Assembly: GCA_964016885.1 (NCBI GenBank)
Contig: OZ024761.1
Location: forward strand, 5,704,001 to 5,768,000
Direction of reading: 5' to 3'
Length of the DNA: 64,000 nt
DNA from: Eledone cirrhosa
Lineage: Eukaryota
Below are positions 15,163-27,100 of this stretch, in pieces. The position numbers were made by a program, and so were the translations under genes. The notes under the pieces were generated by a model. It searched no databases and was not told the DNA's origin. It saw nothing but the letters and a program-made list of their open reading frames with translations. Each line of letters opens with the position of its first letter. The first letter of the stretch is position 1.

Positions 15163-15993
15163 CCTGTGTCAGTGTTGAACAAAAAGGTGACGTGGTTGCC
15201 TTAACACCGTATGGCATAAATTCAGGCTGTTCAGTTTGTTTACAAACGAACAAAGCGACGTTAGCGCCGCTAAACTGATACGTGCATATATGTATGTGTA
15301 CCTGTATGCATATGTATGTATATATGTATATATATATATATATGTGCATGCTACTGTACGTCTGTATACATATATGTATGTACGTATACATGCATACTTA
15401 TATATATATACATATATATATATACATGCATATGTATGTATATATGTATATATATATATACATATGTATGTATATATGTATATGTATGTATATATGTATA
15501 TATATATACATATGTATGTATATATATATATATATGTATGTATATATGTATATATATACATATGTATGTATATATGTATGTATATATGTATATATATATA
15601 TACATATATATGTATATATATATATGTATACATATGTATATATGAATATGTATATATGTATATATATATATACATATATATGTATATATATATATATATA
15701 TGTATACATATGTATATATGAATATGTATATATATATATATATATGTATACATATGTATGTATATATGAATATGTATACATATGTATGTATATATGAATA
15801 TGTATATATGAATATGTATATATATATATGTATACATATGTATGTATATATGAATATGTATATATATATATGTATAGATATATATGTATGTATATATGAA
15901 TATGTATATATATATATATATGTATAGATATGTATGTACATATATATGAATATGTATATATATATATATGTATAGATATGTATGTATATATGA

Positions 15994-16030
<37 letters not shown>

Positions 16031-16052
16031 CGTGTGTGTATATATGAATATG

Positions 16053-16095
<43 letters not shown>

Positions 16096-16134
16096 ATATA
16101 TGAATATGTATATATATTTATGTGAATGTATATA

Positions 16135-16220
<86 letters not shown>

Positions 16221-16306
16221 CATATATATATATATATGTGTGTGTGTATGTATGTATATCAATAACTTCTGTGTCACATATCTATATATATGTGTGTGAA
16301 TGTGAA

Positions 16307-16454
<148 letters not shown>

Positions 16455-16719
16455 CACTTCTGCGTTGGAAGGGATAACCCTGTGAAGGCCATTGGCGCAG
16501 AACCCATCCTCTCTACCGACCCAAAACAAAGACAAGCCCAAGATGTTTGTGTTGCTGCACCCTAACCAGGGGAGTGAGTGACGCTCTCCTGGTTTTGGTA
16601 ACCTTGAGAGGGGAAGTGAGGATCGGATGAGTCATGTTGGCTGGAAGGATATTATATAAACAGGAAATATGGCAATACTATACTGTAAAAATAATGGTGG
16701 AATTAACTCAGGGAGAGGG

Positions 16720-19250
16720 GGTGTATATGGGGGACCTGGGGGGAGAGGGGGTTATGTGTGTGGGGGGGGTGAGTATGGGGGGGATCTGGAAGTATATGGG
16801 GGGAGACTGTATGTAGGGGACTCTGCGAGTATGTGTGGGAGGAGAGGGAGAGTGTGTGGGGGGGGAGCATGTGGGGAGGAGAGTGTGAGTATGTGAGGGG
16901 GGGGGGGGGGGCAATGAGTATGTGGAGGGAGAGGAGGAGTCTGCAAGTATGTGAGGGGAGAGGGAGAGTGTGGGTATATGGGGGGAGGGGTGAGAGGAGA
17001 GGGAGAGTGTATGTGAGGGGGAGAGTATGTGGTGGGAGGAGGGGAGGGAGTGTGTGAGGGGAAGAGGGAGAGTGTGAGGGGAAGAGGGAGACCCTGTGGT
17101 GGGAGAGGGGGAGTATGAGAGGGAGTGTGTGAGGGGGGAGAGGGAGCGGCTGTGGTGGAGAGTGTGTGAGAGGGAGAGGGAGAGTCTGTGGTGGAAAGTG
17201 TGAGGGGGAGAGGGGGAGTATGAGAGGGAGTGTGTGAGGGGGGAGAGGGAGTGTGTGAGGGGGGAGAGGGAGAGTCTGGGACTGAGAGGGGGAGAGTGTG
17301 GGGGTGAGTGGCAGAGTATATAGGGCGAGTGTGTGAGGGGGGAGGGGAGCGTCTGTGGTGGGAGGGGGGTGATGGAGGGGCTGTGGTGGAGAGTGTGTGA
17401 GAGGGAGAGGGAGAGTATGTGGTGGAGAGTGTGTGAGGGGGAGAGGGAGAGTCTGTGGTGGAAAGTGTGAGGGGAAGAGAGGGAGAGTCTGTGGTGGGAG
17501 AGAGTGTGAGGGGGGAGAGTGTGTGAGGGGGAGAGTGTGAGGGGGGAGAGTCTGTGGTGGGAGAGTGTGTGAGGAGGGAGAGTCTGGTGGGAGAGTGTGT
17601 GAGGGGGGAGAGTCTGTGGTGGGAGAGAGTGTGAGGGGGGAGAGTGTGTGAGGGGAGAGTGTGAGGGGGGAGAGTCTGTGGTGGGAGAGAGTGTGACGGG
17701 GAGAGTCTGTGGTGGGAGAGTGTGTGAGGGGGGGAGAGTCTGTGGTGAGAGAGTGTGTGAGGGGGGGAGAGTCTGTGGTGGGAGAGAGTGTGTGAGGGGG
17801 AGAGTGTGAGGGGGAGAGTGTGTGAGGGGGAGAGTCTGTGGTGAGAGAGTGTGTGAGGGGGAGAGAGTCTATGGTGGGAGGAGAGAGTGTGAGGGGGGGA
17901 GAGTCTGTGGTGACAGAGTGTGTGAGGGGGAGAGTCTGTGGTGAGAGAGTGTGTGAGGGGGGAGAGTCTGTGGTGAGAGAGAGTGTGAGGGGGGGAGAGT
18001 CTGTGGTGGGAGAGAGTGTGAGGGGGAGAGTCTGTGGTGGGAGAGAGTGTGAGGGGGGAGAGTCTGTGGTGGGAGAGTGTGTGAGGGGGGAGTCTGTGGT
18101 GGGAGAGAGTCGTTGTGGGAGAGAGTGTGAGGGGGAGAGTCTGTGTGGGAGAGAGAGTGTGAGGGGGGAGTCTGTGGTGGGAGAGTGTGTGAGGGGGAGA
18201 GTCTGTGGTGGGAGAGAGGGGGGAAGGGGGGAGAGTCTGTGGTGAGAGAGTGTGAGGAGGAGAGTCTGTGGTGGGAGAGTGTGTGAGGGGGAGAGTCTGT
18301 GGTGGGAGAGTGTGTGAGGGGGGAGTCTGTGGTGGGAGAGTGTGTGAGGGGGGAGTCTGTGGTGGGAGAGAGTGTGAGGGGGAGAGTCTGTGGTGGGAGA
18401 GTGTGTGAGGGGGGGAGTCTGTGGTGGGAGAGTGTGAGGAGGGAGAGTCTGTGGTGGGAGAGTGTGTGAGGGGGAGAGTCTGTGGTGGGAGAGTGTGTGA
18501 GGGGGAGAGTCTGTGGTGGGAGAGTGTGAGGAGGGAGAGTCTGTGGTGGGAGAGTGTGTGAGGGGGAGAGTCTGTGGTGGGAGAGTGTGTGAGGGAGAGT
18601 CTGTGGTGGGAGAGTGTGTGAGGGGGAGAGTCTGTGGTGGGAGAGTGTGAGGAGGGAGAGTCTGTGGTGGGAGAGTGTGTGAGGGGGGGAGTCTGTGGTG
18701 GGAGAGTGTGTGAGGGGGGAGTCTGTGGTGGGAGAGAGTGTGAGGGGGAGAGTCTGTGGTGGGAGAGTGTGTGAGGGGGAGAGTCTGTGGTGGGAGAGTG
18801 TGAGGAGGGAGAGTCTGTGGTGGGAGAGTGTGTGAGGGGGAGAGTCTGTGGTGGGAGAGTGTGTGAGGGGGAGAGTCTGTGGTGGGAGAGTGTGTGAGGG
18901 GGAGAGTCTGTGGTGGGAGAGTGTTTGAGGGGGAGAGTCTGTGGTGGGAGAGTGTGTGAGGGGGAGAGTCTGTGGTGGGAGAGTGTGTGAGGGGGGAGAG
19001 TCTGTGGTGGGAGAGTGTGAGGAGGGAGAGTCTGTGGTGGGAGAGTGTGTGAGGGGGAGAGTCTGTGGTGGGAGAGTGTGTGAGGGGGAGAGTCTGTGGT
19101 GGGAGAGTGTGTGAGGGGGAGAGACTGTGGTGGGAGAGTGTGTGAGGGGGAGAGTCTGTGGTGGGAGAGTGTGTGAGGGGGAGAGTCTGTGGTGAGAGAG
19201 TGTGTGAGGGGGAGAGTCTGTGGTGAGAGAGTGTGTGAGGGGGAGAGTCT
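16720..19250. repeat. G-rich minisatellite, about 31-bp unit GAGAGTCTGTGGTGGGAGAGTGTGTGAGGGG
   Basis: Homogeneous over 18250-19250 and increasingly degenerate leftward. Confidence 0.95.
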
Positions 19251-19717
19251 TCTCAATCAGCCGACACAAACCTACATTTGGCGCAAAATCAAGTTTTAAC
19301 ATTCACATGACCTCTACCGACCAATTAAAATTGTTTTGACCACAAGAATTTTTGCAACACGAATTGGCGCGAGACTTATTTTAATACATCTGGAGCCACT
19401 TTTTTCACATAAAACAGGTAGAATTTCCAAAACTAATCAGATTAGAGCAAACATCACGAGCGCTCAATCTCAAAATTATTTTTGAAAAGCATTAGAAATG
19501 CGCAACCGGTAAAACTTAAGACCAAAACTGAATACAAACCAATACTATTACTAATTTTTACTTATTCCTAATTAAACTATTTTTCACTGGGAACAATTTG
19601 TCAGCATTTTCTTTTCCGTTTACCAATATATCATAACTCGTGTGTTACACCTCTATTCTTATATATATATATATATATATCAAGTAAGAATATTTTCGAA
19701 ACAGCGAGTGGATTTGA

Positions 19718-19972
19718 AATTATTAGAAATGTTAGCTATCGCCGTATTTTGACTAAAGAAATTAAAGAAATTATTTAGCCTGATAGTGGGGTTAAGAACC
19801 CTCGGAGAAATGGAAAAAGATGAGTATTGACGTACATGGGAGTCGAACCCACATCATGTACGTCAATACTCATCTTTTTCCATTTCTCTGAGGGTTCTTA
19901 ACCCCACTATCAGGCTAAATAATTTCTTTAATTTCTTTAGTCAAAATACAGCGATAGCTAACATTTCTAATA

Positions 19973-19975
<3 letters not shown>
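19718..19975. mobile_element. Fold-back copy of tRNA-headed family 3
   Basis: About 120-bp near-perfect inverted arms around GGAGTCGAACCCACAT. Homologous to 41025-41197. Confidence 0.75.
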
Positions 19976-20003
<28 letters not shown>

Positions 20004-20022
20004 TATATACATATATATATAT

Positions 20023-20066
<44 letters not shown>

Positions 20067-20095
20067 TATATATATTATATATATATATATAATAT

Positions 20096-20162
<67 letters not shown>

Positions 20163-20325
20163 TATATATTATATATATATATATAACCAAAAGTTAAACA
20201 AGGTTCATTGATTAATCAATGAATATAGTTTTACAATAGATTAGAAGCACTCAACAAAGAAGTTTTCTGGAGTTATTAATATTACTTCAAAATATTAATA
20301 AATATAGACATTCATGTAATCAAAT

Positions 20326-20393
20326 ATATTTTATTATATATATTTCAGAGCTACTGAGCTGTTTCCTCAGTACGTCCTCATCAGATAAAATAT
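20326..20393 (-). ncRNA. Hammerhead ribozyme motif (family A)
   Basis: ATATTTTAT-CTGATGA-GGAcgTACTGAG gaaacag CTCAGTAgcTCT-GAAA-TATATA-TA-ATAAAATAT. Confidence 0.75.
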
Positions 20394-20447
20394 ATAAATT
20401 AATGTCTGACATACCTCAACTGTGCTGATGTTTCAATTCCAATTTAT

Positions 20448-20515
20448 ATATTTTATCTGATGAGGACGTACTGAGTAAACAGCACAGTACCTCTGAAATA
20501 TATATAATAAAATAT
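20448..20515 (+). ncRNA. Hammerhead ribozyme motif (family A)
   Basis: ATATTTTAT-CTGATGA-GGACGTACTG..CAGTACCTCT-GAAA-TATATA-TA-ATAAAATAT. Confidence 0.75.
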
Positions 20516-20579
20516 ATTTGATTACATGAATATCTATATTTGTTAATATTTTGAATTAATATATATATATATATATATA

Positions 20580-20948
20580 TATATTAATAAAAGAAATTCC
20601 AACTTTATCTGATTTACTCGTTTTATTTACAATCCTTTAAAATTATAATGATGTTATAATGAAATAGCATGGTAGAATATTAAATGTTAAGTGTTAATTG
20701 AACAAGTACTTTCACAGTTGAAAATTGCAGACTTGACTGTCACCACTGAATGTGAACCTGAAGATTGCGAAAGCATGAAAGTACTTGTTCAATTAACATT
20801 TAAAATTTAATATTCTACCAGACTATTTCATTATAATATCATTATAATTTTAAAGGATAGTAAATAAAACGAGTAAATTAGACAAAGTTGAAATTCCTTT
20901 TATTAATATAATCTTCTATACACAACGATACACACCCGTGTATATTTA
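20580..20948. mobile_element. Hammerhead fold-back element, family B
   Basis: About 130-bp inverted arms plus tail. Homologous to 38725-39170. Confidence 0.75.
20753..20791 (+). ncRNA. Hammerhead ribozyme motif (family B)
   Basis: TGAAC-CTGAAGA-T TGC gaaa GCA T-GAAA-GTAC-TT-GTTCA. Confidence 0.7.
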
Positions 20949-20950
20949 TT

Positions 20951-21028
<78 letters not shown>

Positions 21029-21220
21029 TATATATATCTCAAAAGTATATATTGAGTTAGAAACTCAAAATAGTCTCTTACAATAAAATAGCTCAAGGAA
21101 AGAGATTTTTCTGAGCCGTGTAATGTAATTGAATATAAAAGAGGGGAGATAAACACTGATATACGTATATATATATGTGTTCAAATTGTAAGGGAACAGA
21201 TTCGCTAGGGTGAAAAAAAT

Positions 21221-21252
<32 letters not shown>

Positions 21253-21517
21253 ATGTGTGTGTGTGTGTGTATGTGTGTGTGTGTCTATGTATGTGTGTGT
21301 GTGTGTATGTATGTATATATATTTATGTATGTATAATATATTTATGTTTGTATGTATGTATATATATGCATGTATATATGTATACATGTATATATGTATG
21401 CATGTATATATGTATGTATGCAAGTATGTATGTATATATAAATGTATGCATGTATGTATGTATATATATGTATGTATGCATGTATATGTATATGTATTCA
21501 TGTATATGTATATATAC

Positions 21518-21579
<62 letters not shown>

Positions 21580-22187
21580 ATGTATATGTATCTATATGCT
21601 TATATATGTTTGTATGAATATATGTATATATGTATTTGTATATATATATATGTATGTATATATGTGTGTATACATATAATCCTACATCTCAAGTGTAAAA
21701 AAGGCATGAATGCCACTCCACATCACCATATGTAACCTACCGTATCCATGTTCCAGACACCAAAGGCAAGCAGTGTTCTTCCGGTACAATCCACGTGACC
21801 ACATCAGCTACCATTGTCTGGGAACCGAAGTAGCATACATCAACTTCCGGTTTCTACATGCCAACGTCATCCATGTTTACTTTCAGATTGCTTATACTTC
21901 CGGCTTTTGTACGCATGTCAGTTAGGTGAGCTGACCACAAGGTATTGCCTAGATGTGTGCTAAGGCTTTTGTTGTTGTTTAACCCTAGGTCTAGTCTGAC
22001 TGTGTATCAAAAGCCCTCCATCCATGGCCAGCCATCCATAGTCTCTCCTATGTATTACATTAGCCAATGTGTGTAACTGAAGGTTACCCTGTCGGTTGTA
22101 TAACATGCCAGGGGCAGGTAACAACGTTTTCACATATCACTCAGTAGATGGCGCTGAATGTCATTGTGTATTCCTTTATATTATTCT

Positions 22188-22387
22188 TGGGTTGGCGGTA
22201 GAAGCGGTAGAGCGTCTGACACCATGCATCGTGGCAGAAAGTTACGTCCTTTTACGGTGTGAGTTCACATCTTGCCGAGGTTAACTTTGCCTTTCATCAT
22301 TACGGGGTCGATAAATAAAGTACCAGTAGTGCACTGGGTCGATTTAAATTACTGGCCTTGTTCATATATAAGAAATCATTATTATTG
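22188..22387 (+). mobile_element. SINE family 1
   Basis: Core and tail match. Confidence 0.75.
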
Positions 22388-22534
22388 TCACGTGGTTGAC
22401 TATGGAGACAGTGAGTTAGTTTCACTTAGGTTTGTTGTTGTTGAACTCTGTTGTAAATCCATGTTCCGACTTTCCCGTTGTTGTTGTAAATCCATGTTCC
22501 CACATTTTCGTTGTTGTAAATCCATGTTCAAATC

Positions 22535-23215
22535 GTAGTAGTAGTGGTGATGGTGGTGGTGGTGAAGGTAGTAGTGGGGTTGGTGGTGGTGAAGGTAGTA
22601 GTGGTGGTGATGGTGGTGGTGGTGAAGGTAGTAGTGGTGTTGGTGGTGGTGAAGGTAGTAGTGGTGGTGATGGTGGTGGTGGTGGTGAAGTTAGTAGTGG
22701 TGGTGATGGTGGTAGTGGTGGTGGTGGTGAAGGTAGTAGTGGTGTTGGTGGTGGTGAAGGTAGTAGTGGTGTTGGTGGTGGTGAAGGTAGTAGTGGTGGT
22801 GATGGTGGTGGTGGTGGTGAAGGTAGTAGTGGTGGTGATGGTGGTGGTGATGTTAGTAGTGGTGGTGGTGGTGAAGGTAGTAGTGGTGGTGGTGGTGGTA
22901 ATGCAGGTAGTAGTAGTGGTGGTGGTGAAGGTAGTAGTGGTGGTGGTGGTGGTGGTGGTGGTGAAATTAGTAGTGGTGGTGATGGTGGTGGTGAAGTTAG
23001 TAGTGGTGGTGGTGGTGAAGGTAGTAGTGGTGGTGGTGGTGGTGGTGACGCAGGTAGTAGTGGTGGTGGTGGTGGTGGTGAAATAGTGGTGGTGGTGGTG
23101 GTGAAAGTAGTGGTGGTAGTGGTGAAGGTAGTAGTGGTGGTGGTGGTGAAGGTAGTAGTGGTGGTGGTGGTGAAGGTAGTAGTAGTGGTGGTGGTGAAGA
23201 TGGTGGTGGTTGTGT
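22535..23215. repeat. (GGT)n-derived degenerate minisatellite (GGTGAAGGTAGTAGT)
   Basis: Direct inspection. Confidence 0.85.
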
Positions 23216-23404
23216 TGTAGTTATTGTTGTTGCAGTAGTTACTGTGGTAGTTACTGTAGCTGTTGTCGCCTGACACTCGGAGTGCTACAGGCAACACCCT
23301 ATACTCTGCCCTATATATTGTTTATAAAGAGTATCCAAGCGAAATGTCCCTACTAAATATGTGCTTACCTACAGTTATATGTAATTAGATATCCACAACA
23401 CGTG

Positions 23405-24085
23405 TACTTACTGGTACTCTCTGGTACTCATTGGTGCCTACTGATACTGGCTGGTACTCTCGGGTACTCTCTGGTACTCGTTGGTACTCGCTGGTACTCA
23501 TTGGTACTCTCTGGTACCTACTGATACTTGCTAGTATTCTCTGGTACTTGCTGGTACTCAATGGTACTCTCTGGTATTGCTACTCTCCGATACACACTGG
23601 TACTAGCTGCTATTCGCTAGTACTTGCTGGTACTCGTTGGTACTTGCTGGTACTCGTTGGTACATGCTGGTACTCGCTGGTACCCACTGGTACTCTCTGG
23701 TAATCTCTGATACTTGCTGGTATTGTTACTCTCCGCTACATACTGGTACTAGCAAGACATCTGTTACTCTCTGGTATTCATTCGTACTCACTGGTACTCT
23801 TTGGTACTCTCTGATACTTGCTGGTACTGCTATGCTCCGCTACACACTGGTAACAGAAATCTGTTACTCGCCGGTACTTGCTGGTACACGCTGGTACACG
23901 CTGGTACACGCTGGTACTTGATGGTTCACGCTGGTACTTGCTGGTTCACGCTGGTACTTGCTGGTACACGCTGGTACTCTCTGCTACACGCTGGTACTTG
24001 CTGGTACACGTCGCTGGTACTCGCGGATATTCGCTGGTAGTCTCTGGTATTCGCTGGTATTCGCTGGTACATGCTGGTATTTGCT
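23405..24085. repeat. Degenerate 11-bp tandem repeat (CTGGTACTCGC-like)
   Basis: Direct inspection. Confidence 0.85.
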
Positions 24086-24165
24086 AGTAGTTAATGCTGT
24101 CATCAAATAAAATGTAGTTTAGTTTTTATTAATGTGAAAATCTTGTGGTTTGGTTTCTAAGTTAG

Positions 24166-27100
24166 ACTGAGCCAGTGTCAGTGAAGGTTGAGACAGTAGT
24201 CCAGGTTACAACTGAGCCAGTGTCAGTGAAGGTTGAGACAGTAGTCCAGGTTACAACTGAGCCAGTGTCAGAGGTTGAGACAGTACCCCAGATTACGACT
24301 GAGTCAGTGTCAGTGGTTGAGACTGTAGTCCAGGTTACGACTGAGCCAGTGTCAGTGGAGGTTGAAACAGTAGTCTAGGTTACAACTGAGCCAGTGTCAG
24401 TGGTTGAGACAGTAGTCTAGGTTACGACTGAGCCAGTGTCAGTGAAGGTTGAGACAGTAGTCTAGGTTACAACTGAGCCAGTGTCAGTGAAGGTTGAGAC
24501 AGTAGTCCAGGTTACAACTGAGCCAGTGTCAGAGGTTGAGACAGTACCCCAGATTACGACTGAGTCAGTGTCAGTGGTTGAGACAGTAGTCTAGGTTACG
24601 ACTGAGCCAGTGTCAGTGAAGGTTGAGACAGTAGTCCAGGTTACAACTGAGCCAGTGTCAGTGGTTGAGACAGTAGTCTAGGTTACGACTGAGCCAGTGT
24701 CAGTGAAGGTTGAGATATTAGTCCAGGTTACGACTGAGCCAGTGTCAGTGGTTGAGACAGAACTCCAGGTTACGACTGAGCCAGTGTCAGTGGTTGAGAC
24801 AGAACTCCAGGTTACGACTGAGCCAGTGTCAGAGGTTGAAACATTAGTCCAGGTTACGACTGAGCCAGTGTCAGTGGTTGAGACAGAACTCCAGATTACG
24901 ACTGAGCCACTGTCAGAGGTTGAGACAGTACTCCAGGTTACATCTGAGCCAGTGTCAGTGGAGGTTGAGATTGTAGTCCAGGTTACGACTGAGCCCGTGT
25001 CAGTGAAGGTTGAGACTGTAGTCCAGGTTATAACTGAGCCAGTGTCAGAGGTTGAGATAGTAGTCCAAGTTATAACTGAGCCAGTGTCAGTGGAGGTTGA
25101 GACAGTAGTCCAGGTTATATCTGAGCCAGTGTCAGTGGTTGAGACAGTAGTCCAGGTTATGACTGAGCCAGTGTCAGTGGTTGAAACAGTAGTCCAGGTT
25201 ACATCTGAGCCAGTGTCAGTGGAGGTTGAGATTGTAGTCCAGGTTACGACTGAGACAGTGTCAGTGAAGGTTGAGACAGTAGTCCAGGTTATAACTGAGC
25301 CAGTGTCAGTGAAGGTTGAGATAGTAGTCCAGGTTACAACTGAGCCAGTGTCAGTGAAGGTTGAGACAGTAGTCCAGATTACGACTGAGCCAGTGTCAGT
25401 GAAGGTTGAGACAGTAGTCCAGGTTATAACTGAGCCAGTGTCAGTGAAGGTTGAGACAGTAGTCCAGGTTTCGACTGAGCCAGTGTCAGAGGTTGAGACA
25501 GTAGTCCAGGTTATAACTGAGCCAGTGTCAGAGGTTGAGACAGTAGTCCAGGTTACGACTGAGCCAGTGTCAGTGAAGGTTGAGACAGTAGTCCAGGTTA
25601 CAACTGAGCCAGTGTCAGAGGTTGAGACAGTACCCCAGATTACGACTGAGCCAGTGTCAGTGGTTGAGACAGTAGTCCAGGTTACGACTGAGCCCGTGTC
25701 AGTGAAGGTTGAGACAGTAGTCCAGGTTACAACTGAGCCAGTGTCAGTGAAGGTTGAGACAGTAGTCCAGATTACGACTGAGCCAGTGTCAGTGAAGGTT
25801 GAGATAGTAGTCCAGGTTACAACTGAGCCAGTGTCAGTGAAGGTTGAGACAGTAGTCCAGATTACGACTGAGCCAGTGTCAGTGAAGCTTGAGACAGTAC
25901 TCCAGGTTTCGACTGAGCCAGTGTCAGAGGTTGAAACAGTAGGCCAGGTTATAACTGAGCCAGTGTCAGAGGTTGAGACAGTAGTCCAAGTTACGACTGA
26001 GCCAGTGTCAGTGAAGGTTGAGATAGTAGTCCAGGTACGACTGAGCCAGTGTCAATGAAGGTTGAGACAGTAGTCCAGGTTACGACTGAGCCAGTGTCAG
26101 TGGAGGTTGAGACAGTAGTCCAGGTTACGACTGAGCCAGTGTCAGTGAAGGTTGAGACAGTAGTCCAGGTTACGACTGAGCCAATGTCAGTGAAGGTTGA
26201 GACAGTAGTCCAGGTTACGACTGAGCCAGTGTCAGTGAAGCTTGAGACAGTAGTCCATGTTACGACTGAGCCAGTGTCAGTGAAGGTTGAGACAGTAGTC
26301 CAGGTTACAACTGAGCCAGTGTCAGTGAAGCTTGAGGCAGTAGTCCAGATTATAACTGAGCCAGTGTCAGTGAAGGTTGAGACAGTAGTCCAGGTTATAG
26401 CTGAGCCAGTGTCAGTAGTTGAGACAGTAGTCCAGGTTACGACTGAGCCATTGTCAGTGGTTGAGACAGTAGTCCAGGTTACAAGTGAGCCAGTGTCAGT
26501 GGTTGAGACAGTAGTCCAGGTTACGACTGAGCCAGTGTCAGTGAAGGTTGAGACAGTAGTCCAGGTTACGACTGAGACAGTGTCAGTGAAGGTTGAGACA
26601 GTAGTCCAGGTTACGACTGAGCTAGTGTCAGTGAAGGTTGAGACAGTAGTCCAGGTTACGACTGAGACAGTGTCAGTGAAGGTTGAGACAGTAGTCCAGG
26701 TTACGACTGAGACAGTGTCAGTGAAGGTTGAGACAGTAGTCCAGGTTACGACTGAGCTAGTGTCAGTGAAGGTTGAGACAGTAGTCCAGGTTACGACTGA
26801 GACAGTGTCAGTGAAGGTTGAGACAGTAGTCCAGGTTACAACTGAGACAGTGTCAGTGAAGGTTGAGACAGTACTCCAGGTTACGACTGAGCCAGTGTCA
26901 GTGGTTGAGACAGTAGTCCAGGTACGACTGAGCCAGTGTCAGAGGTTGAGACAGTAGTCCAGGTACGACTGAGCCAGTGTCAGAGGTTGAGACAGTAGTC
27001 CAGGTACGACTGAGCCAGTGTCAGAGGTTGAGACAGTAGTCAAGGTTACGACTGAGCCAGTGTCAGTGGTTGAGACAGTAGTCCAGGTTACGACTGAGCC

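Larger units (their letters stand above)
14103..15397. mobile_element. About 466-bp hammerhead-bearing monomer, partial tandems in inverted arrangement
   Basis: Unit starts at 14103 and 14570 (period 467). Strand switch at 14755. Right-side period is 466 (14755, 15221). Confidence 0.8.
20185..20562. mobile_element. Hammerhead fold-back element, family A
   Basis: Inverted arms with hammerheads at 20326-20393 (-) and 20448-20515 (+), tail on the left, (TA)n flanks. Confidence 0.75.

Noticed and set aside
16752-19302. 834-aa and 477-aa Pro/His/Thr ORFs
   Set aside because: The 31-bp unit is not a multiple of three and cycles through frames. The C-rich strand simply lacks stops.
22405-22535. 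Reflectin-like MD repeats
   Set aside because: The spacing and composition do not match the reflectin motif. The resemblance is superficial.
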